Shown here: positions 10,001-18,060 of the stretch, piece by piece
Position numbering within the stretch: position 1 is the stretch's first letter
How the letters are laid out: every line of letters starts with the position of its first letter
Origin: a virus
Lineage: Duplodnaviria; Caudoviricetes
Virus record (IMG/VR): IMGVR_UViG_3300037714_000226
Coordinates: 1-56,405 of that record
Reading direction: 5' to 3' (one strand)
DNA length: 56,405 nucleotides
Translations under genes and position numbers: made by a program
Notes under the pieces: generated by a model
The model's input: the letters and a program-made list of their open reading frames with translations, nothing else
The model's database searches: none
Told to the model about the DNA's origin: nothing

Positions 10001-11351
10001 ACAGGACCGCTTTCCCATCTTTGTAACCGAGCACCCTGGTCCCAGGCTCGATCGTCTCGATGGCTCGCTGCCCATGTTCTGTCCACACGCGGGTGCCTGC
10101 TGGAAGACAGTTCCCGTATTTGCATAGCGTTCGCGCCAAACCCCAGTTGTCGTTCTCCACCAGCATGTTGCGATGGAGCATGTCGTTCAACGATTTGGCG
10201 GTGGTGTTGTCGTCTGAGGTCACCCATACAGACTGACCGTCGCCGTCGAGTCTGGGCATCGTTGAGTCGTCTGCGTAGATGTCCAGAGCTGTGTTGTGAA
10301 CCACGACTCCGTGCGCGACGAAGTTGTGGAACCCTGGGACGTTCAGGTCGTAGATCGCCGGACGCTCGTCGAGACGCTCCACCCTGAGCACACGGTGGTT
10401 GCCACCATCGACGATGGGGTCGTTGCCTCGCATCTTCTCGGCCTGCTCGGAACGTCTCTCGTCGGTCCACTCCGGGAAGAAGCGACTGTTGTCGAGACCC
10501 GCGATGTGATGCCCCGCGTGCGACGACGGGGTCTCGATCGACAGGTTCGAGGGTGCGTTGTTGAGGTGGTTGTGATCCTCGTGATGTACGACGTGGCCAG
10601 CACCAGGCTCCACCCCGAGCAATACCTCGGCCACCACCCGATGGAGCCAGACCCATCGCTTCCCATCGCTCGATCGGATACTGGAGTCCGCATGAGGCTG
10701 ATGGACCTGCCAGTACGGCGCTGCATCGGCAGCGTTCAGGCTTCGGAGTCTGACGTTCCCAGGCATGAGCCGTTGCCACATGGGAAGGTCTCCGGCCTGG
10801 ATCCACTCCTCGTCCTTCGTTAGGAATGGGTGGTCTGCCGTGCAGATGATCTGTTCCCCGTTGTCGAGGGTCACCCGCACCATCGACTTGGCGTGCCCCT
10901 CCTCACCGGAGAGAAGAGCCGTTCCCGGTGCGGGCACCAGGGACCGACAGGACTTGTCGTAGGCCAGGACGTGGAACTCCTGCCCCACCAGGTCCCGGAT
11001 GGGCACCCACCCACGCTCCAACGTGAATACCGGAGCATCGCCGTGAAGGCACGAAAGCTCTGGGTATTCGTCCATCTCCTCGTAGTCTGTGTATCGAGCC
11101 TGAAGATCCTGATCGATACGCAGGTGCTGGGCGAGGCTGTCGTAGCCAAACTGACTGGCGAGGTTGTAGGAGAGACCAGCTCGCTCGGAGCTTGGCATCC
11201 CACCTCGGCTGATCTGAGCCGATTGGATCTCTGGTGCCGCTGCGAAGAAGCCACGGATCTGGTTGCCGACCCCCTGGGTGAACCCCTCGACGATCTCTCG
11301 GAAGCTTCTCGCCACGTCCTCGTTATCCCTTGATGAACGGAACCGGACCAT
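7005..11351 (-). CDS. Portal protein, T4 gp20-like, with three inteins (about 621 aa spliced)
   Basis: YEEMDEYPELS|TALDIYADD, LCKYGN|SF, LEDALLIYKLSRAPSRYAFYIDIG, EDFFVPSRNG..STRIEVLQG, ALKIPKMY, EDTRFARTVMRIQ. Confidence 0.95.
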   Translation of the reverse strand: MVRFRSSRDNEDVARSFREIVEGFTQGVGNQIRGFFAAAPEIQSAQISRGGMPSSERAGLSYNLASQFGYDSLAQHLRIDQDLQARYTDYEEMDEYPELSCLHGDAPVFTLERGWVPIRDLVGQEFHVLAYDKSCRSLVPAPGTALLSGEEGHAKSMVRVTLDNGEQIICTADHPFLTKDEEWIQAGDLPMWQRLMPGNVRLRSLNAADAAPYWQVHQPHADSSIRSSDGKRWVWLHRVVAEVLLGVEPGAGHVVHHEDHNHLNNAPSNLSIETPSSHAGHHIAGLDNSRFFPEWTDERRSEQAEKMRGNDPIVDGGNHRVLRVERLDERPAIYDLNVPGFHNFVAHGVVVHNTALDIYADDSTMPRLDGDGQSVWVTSDDNTTAKSLNDMLHRNMLVENDNWGLARTLCKYGNCLPAGTRVWTEHGQRAIETIEPGTRVLGYKDGKAVLFTVVKRYENGVKSIFRVRTKHREILATANHPILVDLGGGRTEWRKVSELEVFRYPSGGIDKSKTPKLMIATRAPEVDRNPSWDELFVKVVTPKERSVGGNVVNDFTLPSDPQPWLTRLLGFWWGDGYLATEKTNTGNSTVSYARGINEDQNDYYDGLLRRLDLNPFVSDDGCCTRVHSVLFKCFLLSMGFRNGATKKRLPPWLGMLSMEHRQAFLEGFMDADGWTTSQPTWNRRAYHFEIANVELARDLKNLIDGLGYRSGQLRTRHREAKEIAGKKVKSTTETATLTFSYHEMDSGFMSENLLSVEASGEADVYDIEVDDDAHNFVAEGVVVHNSFGEALASDRGVIGVKYLPPPTIRRVEGPRGELLGFVQDTKGEFNISLEDFYKLAQQRGTQSERSRGPGELTVFEDWEIVHWRLRGKHLRSVYGHGIIDPARWIWKRLALLEDALLIYKLSRAPSRYAFYIDIGEMDGDRGLAYVNRVKNQFVKKRFVNPSTGKLDMRYNPLCLAGDTEVRLLDGSVWAIEDMAGAFDRGEEQWVWASDLDDEGRVRPAKVEWAGVTRRDAQLVKITLDNGKSIRVTPDHKMIRRSGEKVQAQDLVPGDSLMPFRRRISTKAKGEALEGYELIYCPKRRESEYGHRLVAKDLSLSVKGQLKPEGFTSFSDFKRSAIADNHKVVAVEWLDESEDTYTLTVSPCHTFALEAGVFVCNSHDEDFFVPSRNGKDSTRIEVLQGPDYAETDSLEYHRDKLVAALKIPKMYMGYGGEATRGALSSEDTRFARTVMRIQQELCVGYRKLCRIHLIAAGSSNPDAHDFRVNMTVPSSIMELAKLEVMSATADLADRMGERVTTKYVLTSLFKFTDEEAAVLMKGREKEQVDKANLEAKVQKIINSAVPAEEPDAGAQQSPSHDPIQGKSQLTQFDHAELRRRDQLFNHNFERVMRQNHQSWEREFSQKMDSVEKVEKKLARLLEDQPKVLRRMERLEGLLTEVKQAMRYAA
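7872..8480 (-). mobile_element. Portal intein 3 (203 aa, endonuclease largely deleted, ends Cys-Asn)
   Basis: CLAGDTEV...VTPDHK...GVFVCN followed by Ser; YGHRLVA remnant. Confidence 0.9.
8997..10109 (-). mobile_element. Portal intein 2 (371 aa) with LAGLIDADG endonuclease
   Basis: CLPAGTRV...ATANHP...LLGFWWGDG...FLEGFMDADG...GVVVHN followed by Ser. Confidence 0.95.
10293..11051 (-). mobile_element. Portal intein 1 (253 aa) with HNH endonuclease
   Basis: CLHGDAPV...CTADHPF...WLHRVVAE...VVHHEDHNHLNNAPSNL...GVVVHN followed by Thr. Confidence 0.95.
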
Positions 11352-14300
11352 CGCCCGGCTCGAATGTTGGCGTCCCGCCTACAATACCCTGGTGGTCGGC
11401 CTTGGTACCACTCTTCTCTTCCATCATCACCTTTCCACCCGACACCCAAGAGTCATCTGGTTTCTCCTGGCCGTCGCTGACCGATAGTCCTTTGACCGGA
11501 GGCACTGGTCGGCCAAGCATCCTTTTGGTCAACGAAAAGACGGCACCAGCAAGAGCGTCTGCAACGTCCTTTGATCCGATGACCTCGTTGCCGTCGGGAC
11601 CCGTCATCCGGTCAGGGTGGTCGATCTTGACCCGGCCGCCGGATTTCATGATTCGCTGCACTGACCGCAACTCAGCTTCCAACCACGGGTGAGGATGAAG
11701 AACGACACGCCCTTCATAGATGGCGTCCTTGAGTGTGTCGTAGGCGTCAGAAGTCTTGTCAACCGAGACCACCTCGGCCTCGATACCGCGCTTCCTGAGT
11801 TTCTGAAGAGCATCCGCGGAGTTATGGGATACGATTCCGTTGGCCACGTACGACGGATCCCCATCAACTTCCAGATCGAAAACCTCCGCCTCAGACGAGT
11901 GGATGTCCACCACTCTCACAAACTTCCGACGACCCTTCACTACCGAATGACGCTCCAACTCCGCTTGCTTGCGCTGGTAGGAAAAACCAACCGTATCCAG
12001 AAAGTGTCGTCTCGATCCCCTCAAGCCAACAACGTACTGGAACCCATCGGATACATAGTCTCCAGGACGACCTCTCTCCACGGTGGTGAGGCACGACTCG
12101 ATCCCAAAATCCACCCGAAGCATCAGGCGAACTTGATCTGCCAGTTTTCTGTGCTTGGTTGACAAGGAGACTTTTCCGTCGATCCGCCCAACGTTCCCAT
12201 CAGCAGCAAACAAGCCACGCAGGAAAGCGGCACGCACCCTACGGCTACTTCTAAGCACTGGGAGTGGCACGAACGGTTTCACAAGTCCGTTGCAGTTCAT
12301 CCACCGAACTAGCCACCTAGAGCTGACCGACAGAGTCCCCACCACTCCCCCGGTACCTCTGAAATCCGGCGCGACTCCGAAAAGTGACCGGAAGATCTGC
12401 GCTGCATCATCAGCCTCGTCAGCGGTAACCGTCAGCCTGACCCCGTCCATTTGGATCTGCCCATCCCCCCACACCAGGCCCAGCCACTCGGCGAGCGATG
12501 GGTTCATTTGCGTAGGAAACTCCCACGCGTCGATGCTAGACGGCCTCCAACCCCCTCGACGCCACCCAAGTTCGGACTTGTCGCCCACGAGTTCCGCATC
12601 TGGCGAATCCAGATCAGTTGGTCGATCCCAAACCCTAACCACGTCACCGGCACGGATCTCATCTAACCTCCTCCACTCCCACACGGGTTCTCTGGTTCGC
12701 CCCCACTCGTTCTCAACCAACCCGGTCCACCCAACCTGGACCTCAATGCGGTGCCTGTGCGTGCCCTCAAGCACATCCCCGTCCCGGGTGGTCACCCGAA
12801 GCGTTTCTCGGCGCCCGAACGAAAATACCTGCCGAACCTTGCGAGCACCAGACCGAGACTGGACCTCATCCCCGACAACCACTTCCTCAATAGGAATAAT
12901 GCCTCGTCCGGTGTGGATGAGCGTGCCCTTCGCCAAGCACTGGTACTGATCCATGGAGACGTAGCCTATTTGAAAGCCATGTCCCGAGAACTGGTAGAGG
13001 ATTGACCGGACGTCACTGAGCATGATCTCGTCCCCCGGCGGCGGCTTGATCCTCAGCACAAGATCGGATTCGATGACCGGAGCTAACTCGTTGTACTCTA
13101 TGCCGAACGGGTCGCGCCTGATGACCTCCTTCCACCTGGCGATGTGAGCGATGACCAGGCCGGTGCAGTCTGCGGTGAGCGATGAGTCCCAATGCGCATA
13201 ACGGATGGCTCCTGGATGCCGAAGTGGGCGCCACTGCTGTTCCATCACGCCCCCGGGAAGACGCTGTTCGTACGACTCAGCAATGGATCCCCAACGGATG
13301 GCGAGCGGTGTCCCAGCCACCCACGTGTGAGTAGGCCCCGAACCTTCGTCCCCTAGCGGATTGGTGAGAACGTCAGCCCCCATGTCCACCGACTTCGTGA
13401 TCATGTCGATCCGAGTCATGAATCGCGTGATGGCCTCAGTCGCGATGCCAGCGATCTCACGAAGGGCGTTATCGATGTCACGCTCAAAATCGTTGCGCCA
13501 CTCTGTCGGGACCTCGATAACGCGCAGTCCCATCTCCTCCCATCGGATCTTCTCCGCCTCGACATTGGCGTCTCTTTGGAGGATTCGACTCTGTATCTTC
13601 TCGTTGCCAGCTACGACGTAGAACATCTCTCCAGAGTAGTTCCCTGGCTTCACGTCCCACGTGGAGTATTCACGGACGAAGAAACTCTGATCGTCTGTCT
13701 CCTTCGCCTGCTGAATCCGCTTCTCGATAAAGGCGGTCGGTCGCTCTTTTGAAGAGACAGTAAGAAGCACACCGGGAAGGCGACCAACCTGCTGGAAACG
13801 CGACTTGATGCGGCGAACGATGCTCTTGTGGATCTTCTCGCCGAGGTCTTCGACTACAAACTTTCCCGAGTTGTCGATCGTCTTTTGGTCGCCCATGAAC
13901 GAAGTGTTGTGAACCACCACGCCATTAGCGATGAAGTTCCCTGCGGGCACCGACATCACGTCAAATGTCGGACGGCTTCCCGCACTTCGGACTGAGACAA
14001 CCCGGGCCACAGCTTGCGTTCGTCCCAGACCTCGAAGGTCCACCCTTTTTCCTTGCAGAAGTCGCGGCAAGCCTCGAACTTCACCTTGTTCTTTCCGTAA
14101 CCAAAGCTGCGAGGCTTGACCTCCACCAGCACCACGGTGCCATCGGTCTTGCGGACCTCGAAGTCCGGCAGCGTCCAGCGTGCCTTGCCATCCATGGCAT
14201 AGGGAACCCCGTAGGGCTCGTACGAGAAACTCTCGACAGAGGAGTCCTCGTCCAGAAGTCGCATCGCGTGCTTCTCCCACAGCGACCGGTAGCCACACCG

Positions 14301-16983
14301 GCCACCCTTCTTCGTATTGACGTACCCCTTGTACTTGAACGTCGAGTTGGCCCAGCGTCGAACATTGGCCTCGCTTATCTTTTGTTTGGTCTCCTCCGAA
14401 TGCGAAAATTCCCTGGCCCGATTTCGCTCCGCCAGCTTCCTCTTGAACTCCTCTGTGTGACGAAACAATCGCTTCACCTTGCCCATCTTCTTTCGGTAGC
14501 CCGGATCCTTCCACCGGACCCGCATCCTTTCGGATGCTGCTTGGCGGGACTCCTCCGACCAACCCTTCGGCGCCGACTTCTCCAGCTTTAGCCGGTCTCG
14601 CTCCTTCTTGATGTGCCCCTCCAAGCCATCGTCTGTCACATCCGTCACATCTATCCCTGACTTCCGAGCCTTGGTTCTGATGTTGGACAGTCGAATCTTG
14701 CGTTTCGTCTCCTCCGACCTCAGCGGCAGTTTCCCCTTGAGGGCTTTCCTCGAAACAGAGATCTTGGTTTTGGTCTCTTTCGTGTGCTTCCTGCCCAATA
14801 CGAACTACCTCATCTCCTGCCCTGAGCTGGTCCAGCGGCACGTACCCTTGTCCAACCACAAGGAACGGATGCTCCGATGTCGCCGTAACCACGGTGCCGT
14901 CATCAAACTCGACGTCGAACACGTCGGTGTTGGTGGCCTTCCTGATAGTCCCGGTTGAAGCAACCAGATCCCCCGTCTCCTCGTTGAACGACACGATTCC
15001 TCGAACGATCGTTCCGTCGCCACGGAACATCTCATCAACCCTCTTGTACCCGTCGACGGTGAGGACACGAGTGGATCCTACCACACACTCGTCGATGAAC
15101 CCACTGAAAACGTTAAGTCCGATGATAGCGGTTGATCGCGTTGACCCGGCGACCACCCAGATCTGATTTGGGAACTCGATCTCCAGAGAACTAGGCGCGA
15201 ACCGAAGGTGTTTGAAGTTCTCGCGGAAGTAGGGTGAGTGATCGATCTTTCCCTTCAACTCCTGGATAGCCACACGCCTAGCAACCTTCTCGGACGGAGC
15301 GAGCATTGCCACGTAGATAGCCGACCCATCACTCAGTCCATAGGCTCGCTGCGGATGACGTAGGCAGCTCATCTGGTAGAGCACGTAGGCCATCGCGCAC
15401 GTCGCGAAGTAGCTATTGTGAACGATGGGACCACCGTTGATGACCATGTTCCGCGTCGACGGCACGCTGATCTCGTACACATCCTGCTCGCCAGTCACGA
15501 CGATGGACTCGACCCGATCCCACACGACGTCGCTCGCCATCCTGACGTACCGGTAGTACCTTCCCCGGTACCCAGTCTTCTCGCACAGGTCCACGAACTT
15601 CTGGGTTCCCATCATGGACCCCTTCATCAGGTTGCCCATGGAGAGCCACTCCTTGTTGGTCCACGGGCCCGTTTCCATCCTGATCTCCTTCAACTCCTCC
15701 ACGCCGATGGGCACCACGTCCCAGTTGGTGTTGGACCGGACCGACATCGCCTGCTCCCGAAGTTCTCGGCACGCCTCCTCCTTGCCAGGAATGATTCCCA
15801 CACGATCCAGGAAGAGGAGTTGGCTAGGTGCGTCAGCGATCTGGAGCCTCCACGCGTCGTGAAACGGACCCCCTCGGACAGCACGCTTCGGCTTGTAGGA
15901 CTTGCGGGCCACGATCCCAAATCGCCTCAGGAGCGCCTGGAGGTCGTCCACAAGGCCCTCTGAAGACAACCCGATCTCGATTTTCCTGGGAGACCCCAGG
16001 TAGACGCTGCCATCTGTGAACACCCATCTCAGGAACATGGCTAGCTGCTTGTCGGGAAGCCCAAAAAACGACGCTGGTACACGCTTCTCCGTCGAGTTGC
16101 AGTCCAACGCGAGGGAACGAACGAACGGAAGCATTCCCCTGAGGTAGACGTGATGAGCCCCTTTCTTGAACACATCTCGCCCGACCCCACCCCAGCCACT
16201 GATACGAGATGCCGACTCGATTACCTGGTCTACCAGGCGTCGATCGCCTTTCACGTACTCACACGAGCCATGCCCTAGCTTGGACCCGTCCGCGACAAGA
16301 GCAGCAGCAACCAGTACCTCGTCGTCAGTCCTTGGGTCCCCATGGTCGGGCGCCGGCACTCTCCTGGCCACCGCAACCATGTCCCCAGGATTCATCTCCC
16401 CGAGAACCCTGTAGCCACCAGGCACCCGAACCCTGTGATCCAGGGACACCTCGAACCACTGCCCCGAGGCCAGAGTAGCCTTGGCACACACCTTTCGACC
16501 GCTCTTCCATACCCGGTTGACCCGCTCCGATCCGACGAGCCCATCGTCGGTCATCGACGCAATCGAAGAGCAGCACTCTTCCTTGACACTCCTCCTGTTT
16601 CCTGTACCCTGGTCTACGTAAATAGTTGATATTGCTAGACATTTCCCCCAACCGATTGACCCACCGAGCGCTCCCTCGTGGTAGTCGCCATCGAACAACT
16701 CGACGAGGTCTTGCTTCAGCTTCGGATACAGGGTCCGGCCGATGTGACCGATGTAGTAGTCGTCATCCAGAAAGCGCTCAACAGACACCGGCCGTATCCG
16801 GTAGTCGATGGACGTCAGCTTGCTGAAATACTCAGGGAGGTTTCCGCCGATCTTCTCTAGGGTCTCGATGACCGCGGTCTGCTCTCTGAGGGTCATTCCC
16901 TCCAACTCAGCAGAGAGTCGCTCTTTTTCGTCTTCAAGATCCCGAACGGAGCGCGGCCGTCCTTTGTCGGAGATGATACTCAC
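11323..16983 (-). CDS. terL: Large terminase subunit with three inteins (about 710 aa spliced)
   Basis: Walker A GSIGWGK|S, Walker B GFIDE|T, nuclease motifs HWDSS..DCTG, SMDQYQ|S, KIDHP...SKDVADALAG; directly upstream of portal. Confidence 0.95.
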   Translation of the reverse strand: MSIISDKGRPRSVRDLEDEKERLSAELEGMTLREQTAVIETLEKIGGNLPEYFSKLTSIDYRIRPVSVERFLDDDYYIGHIGRTLYPKLKQDLVELFDGDYHEGALGGSIGWGKCLAISTIYVDQGTGNRRSVKEECCSSIASMTDDGLVGSERVNRVWKSGRKVCAKATLASGQWFEVSLDHRVRVPGGYRVLGEMNPGDMVAVARRVPAPDHGDPRTDDEVLVAAALVADGSKLGHGSCEYVKGDRRLVDQVIESASRISGWGGVGRDVFKKGAHHVYLRGMLPFVRSLALDCNSTEKRVPASFFGLPDKQLAMFLRWVFTDGSVYLGSPRKIEIGLSSEGLVDDLQALLRRFGIVARKSYKPKRAVRGGPFHDAWRLQIADAPSQLLFLDRVGIIPGKEEACRELREQAMSVRSNTNWDVVPIGVEELKEIRMETGPWTNKEWLSMGNLMKGSMMGTQKFVDLCEKTGYRGRYYRYVRMASDVVWDRVESIVVTGEQDVYEISVPSTRNMVINGGPIVHNSYFATCAMAYVLYQMSCLRHPQRAYGLSDGSAIYVAMLAPSEKVARRVAIQELKGKIDHSPYFRENFKHLRFAPSSLEIEFPNQIWVVAGSTRSTAIIGLNVFSGFIDECVVGSTRVLTVDGYKRVDEMFRGDGTIVRGIVSFNEETGDLVASTGTIRKATNTDVFDVEFDDGTVVTATSEHPFLVVGQGYVPLDQLRAGDEVVRIGQEAHERDQNQDLCFEESPQGETAAEVGGDETQDSTVQHQNQGSEVRDRCDGCDRRWLGGAHQEGARPAKAGEVGAEGLVGGVPPSSIRKDAGPVEGSGLPKEDGQGEAIVSSHRGVQEEAGGAKSGQGIFAFGGDQTKDKRGQCSTLGQLDVQVQGVRQYEEGWPVWLPVAVGEARDATSGRGLLCREFLVRALRGSLCHGWQGTLDAAGLRGPQDRWHRGAGGGQASQLWLRKEQGEVRGLPRLLQGKRVDLRGLGRTQAVARVVSVRSAGSRPTFDVMSVPAGNFIANGVVVHNTSFMGDQKTIDNSGKFVVEDLGEKIHKSIVRRIKSRFQQVGRLPGVLLTVSSKERPTAFIEKRIQQAKETDDQSFFVREYSTWDVKPGNYSGEMFYVVAGNEKIQSRILQRDANVEAEKIRWEEMGLRVIEVPTEWRNDFERDIDNALREIAGIATEAITRFMTRIDMITKSVDMGADVLTNPLGDEGSGPTHTWVAGTPLAIRWGSIAESYEQRLPGGVMEQQWRPLRHPGAIRYAHWDSSLTADCTGLVIAHIARWKEVIRRDPFGIEYNELAPVIESDLVLRIKPPPGDEIMLSDVRSILYQFSGHGFQIGYVSMDQYQCLAKGTLIHTGRGIIPIEEVVVGDEVQSRSGARKVRQVFSFGRRETLRVTTRDGDVLEGTHRHRIEVQVGWTGLVENEWGRTREPVWEWRRLDEIRAGDVVRVWDRPTDLDSPDAELVGDKSELGWRRGGWRPSSIDAWEFPTQMNPSLAEWLGLVWGDGQIQMDGVRLTVTADEADDAAQIFRSLFGVAPDFRGTGGVVGTLSVSSRWLVRWMNCNGLVKPFVPLPVLRSSRRVRAAFLRGLFAADGNVGRIDGKVSLSTKHRKLADQVRLMLRVDFGIESCLTTVERGRPGDYVSDGFQYVVGLRGSRRHFLDTVGFSYQRKQAELERHSVVKGRRKFVRVVDIHSSEAEVFDLEVDGDPSYVANGIVSHNSADALQKLRKRGIEAEVVSVDKTSDAYDTLKDAIYEGRVVLHPHPWLEAELRSVQRIMKSGGRVKIDHPDRMTGPDGNEVIGSKDVADALAGAVFSLTKRMLGRPVPPVKGLSVSDGQEKPDDSWVSGGKVMMEEKSGTKADHQGIVGGTPTFEPGDGPVPFIKG
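11821..12939 (-). mobile_element. Terminase intein 3 (373 aa) with LAGLIDADG endonuclease
   Basis: CLAKGTLI...GTHRHR...WLGLVWGDG...FLRGLFAADG...GIVSHN followed by Ser. Confidence 0.95.
13906..15087 (-). mobile_element. Terminase intein 2 (394 aa) at Walker B, carrying an out-of-frame endonuclease gene
   Basis: CVVGSTRV...ATSEHPF...GDEV, then about 265 aa of G/E/Q/R-rich non-domain sequence, then TFDVMSV...GVVVHN followed by Thr. Confidence 0.93.
13956..14798 (-). CDS. Nested endonuclease: NUMOD3-like repeats plus TnsA-N-like PD-(D/E)XK domain, +1 frame inside terminase intein 2
   Basis: TTG start with SD GAGGT 8 nt upstream; repeats HTKETKTKIS, RSEETKRKIR, HTEEFKRKLA, HSEETKQKIS; YRSLWE...YEP...PDF...VEVKP...GWTFEVWDE. 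Confidence 0.9.
   Translation of the reverse strand: MGRKHTKETKTKISVSRKALKGKLPLRSEETKRKIRLSNIRTKARKSGIDVTDVTDDGLEGHIKKERDRLKLEKSAPKGWSEESRQAASERMRVRWKDPGYRKKMGKVKRLFRHTEEFKRKLAERNRAREFSHSEETKQKISEANVRRWANSTFKYKGYVNTKKGGRCGYRSLWEKHAMRLLDEDSSVESFSYEPYGVPYAMDGKARWTLPDFEVRKTDGTVVLVEVKPRSFGYGKNKVKFEACRDFCKEKGWTFEVWDERKLWPGLSQSEVREAVRHLT
15415..16641 (-). mobile_element. Terminase intein 1 (409 aa) at Walker A with LAGLIDADG endonuclease
   Basis: CLAISTIY...VSLDHR...AAALVADG...FLRWVFTDG...PIVHN followed by Ser. Confidence 0.93.
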
Positions 16984-16988
16984 TCAGA

Positions 16989-17720
16989 TCATCCGGCAGC
17001 TTGTTCGCCTCCGCCGTCCTCGTCTTCGTCTTCCTCCTTGGCCAACATCGCCTTCTGGTTGGCCTTCAGGCGCTCCACGATCGAGATGACCCGTCGCCTC
17101 GACCTCGGGTCATTGAGCACCTCAGCGGTCTCCCTGGAGTAGCCGTCGAAGTCTCTGACGTCGCCGCGGCCAGCGGTATCGCCGCGTAGGATTCCGAGTT
17201 TCTCTTTCACTGTCACACGCTTCATGAGCAGATCGGCCGCTGTTGAGAATTCCTTGGCGGTCATGTCCGAGAAAACGTTGACCTGGTGCTCGCGCTCAAT
17301 GAGTCGGTCGAGGCGCTCCCTGGCAGACAAGTAGAGACCCTCCAACTCGTGCAACTCCTCGACACCCTCTTTGACCCGTTTGTAAGCAGCTCGGGCCATT
17401 GCGGACGGCAGAGCGACCTTGTCGACCTCGTCGTCCCGTCCGGTGTCGTACCACTCCGGTACGTTCTCGGCCTGGATCTCGCCTCGCACCCCGGCTTCGG
17501 TCCGGGCCATGCTGTTCATCTCTTCGATGAGCGCCCGTCTCTTCTCCGCCAGGGCGTTGACCAGGGTCTTGTGCTTGATGTCAAGCAGAGCCTCCTGATC
17601 GTCTTGGATGAACGTTGCCACGTCAGATGCGCTCGTATTTTCGAGCAGCATCTTCTTCACCGTCTCCAAAAACGGAAGGTTTTCGATGAGTTGGGCCACG
17701 TTGGGCCTGTTGCGTGCCAC
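16989..17720 (-). CDS. Probable small terminase subunit
   Basis: Helical 243-aa protein immediately upstream of terL; function inferred from position only. Confidence 0.55.
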   Translation of the reverse strand: MARNRPNVAQLIENLPFLETVKKMLLENTSASDVATFIQDDQEALLDIKHKTLVNALAEKRRALIEEMNSMARTEAGVRGEIQAENVPEWYDTGRDDEVDKVALPSAMARAAYKRVKEGVEELHELEGLYLSARERLDRLIEREHQVNVFSDMTAKEFSTAADLLMKRVTVKEKLGILRGDTAGRGDVRDFDGYSRETAEVLNDPRSRRRVISIVERLKANQKAMLAKEEDEDEDGGGEQAAG

Positions 17721-17769
17721 GGTTGCTACCTTTGCGAACGGTTTCTACCGAACAAGATAGCGTAGACCG

Positions 17770-17785
17770 GTGCAGACGTCTGCAC
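17770..17785. repeat. 16-bp palindrome GTGCAGACGTCTGCAC, copy 2
   Basis: Exact copy, intergenic, 50 nt upstream of the packaging genes. Confidence 0.97.
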
Positions 17786-17814
17786 AAGCAAGACAATGCA
17801 TGACGATACGTGGC

Positions 17815-18060
17815 CTATACGTGAGTAGCGATGGCCTCCAATTTGGCTGCCAACAGGGCCAACTCGGCTTTGAACTGCGCCCTCGGAACGGTCTGCATGT
17901 CATCGATGGTGATGTGTTGTGGAATCGCGGCCTTGTCGACCTTCATCACCTGGTCGTGTTCGTTCATGTAGGTCGGGTTCTCGATGTCGTCGATCCACGC
18001 ATCGAGGTGCTGCTTGATGAGTCTGAGATCGTCTAGAACCACATCGCGACTGACGCTCAC
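17815..18060 (-). CDS. Hypothetical protein (81 aa)
   Basis: GTGA overlap with the upstream stop; plausible composition. Confidence 0.7.
   Translation of the reverse strand: MSVSRDVVLDDLRLIKQHLDAWIDDIENPTYMNEHDQVMKVDKAAIPQHITIDDMQTVPRAQFKAELALLAAKLEAIATHV

Noticed and set aside
9943-10806. 287-aa alternate-frame ORF overlapping portal inteins 1 and 2
   Set aside because: Arg/Gly/Ala-rich with no domain; here the endonuclease is already in the intein frame
17770-18036. Track ORFs beginning MQTSA (17770 plus strand; extension of the helicase to 26416)
   Set aside because: Artefacts of the GTG in the palindrome; no SD and, for the helicase, a better start at 26314
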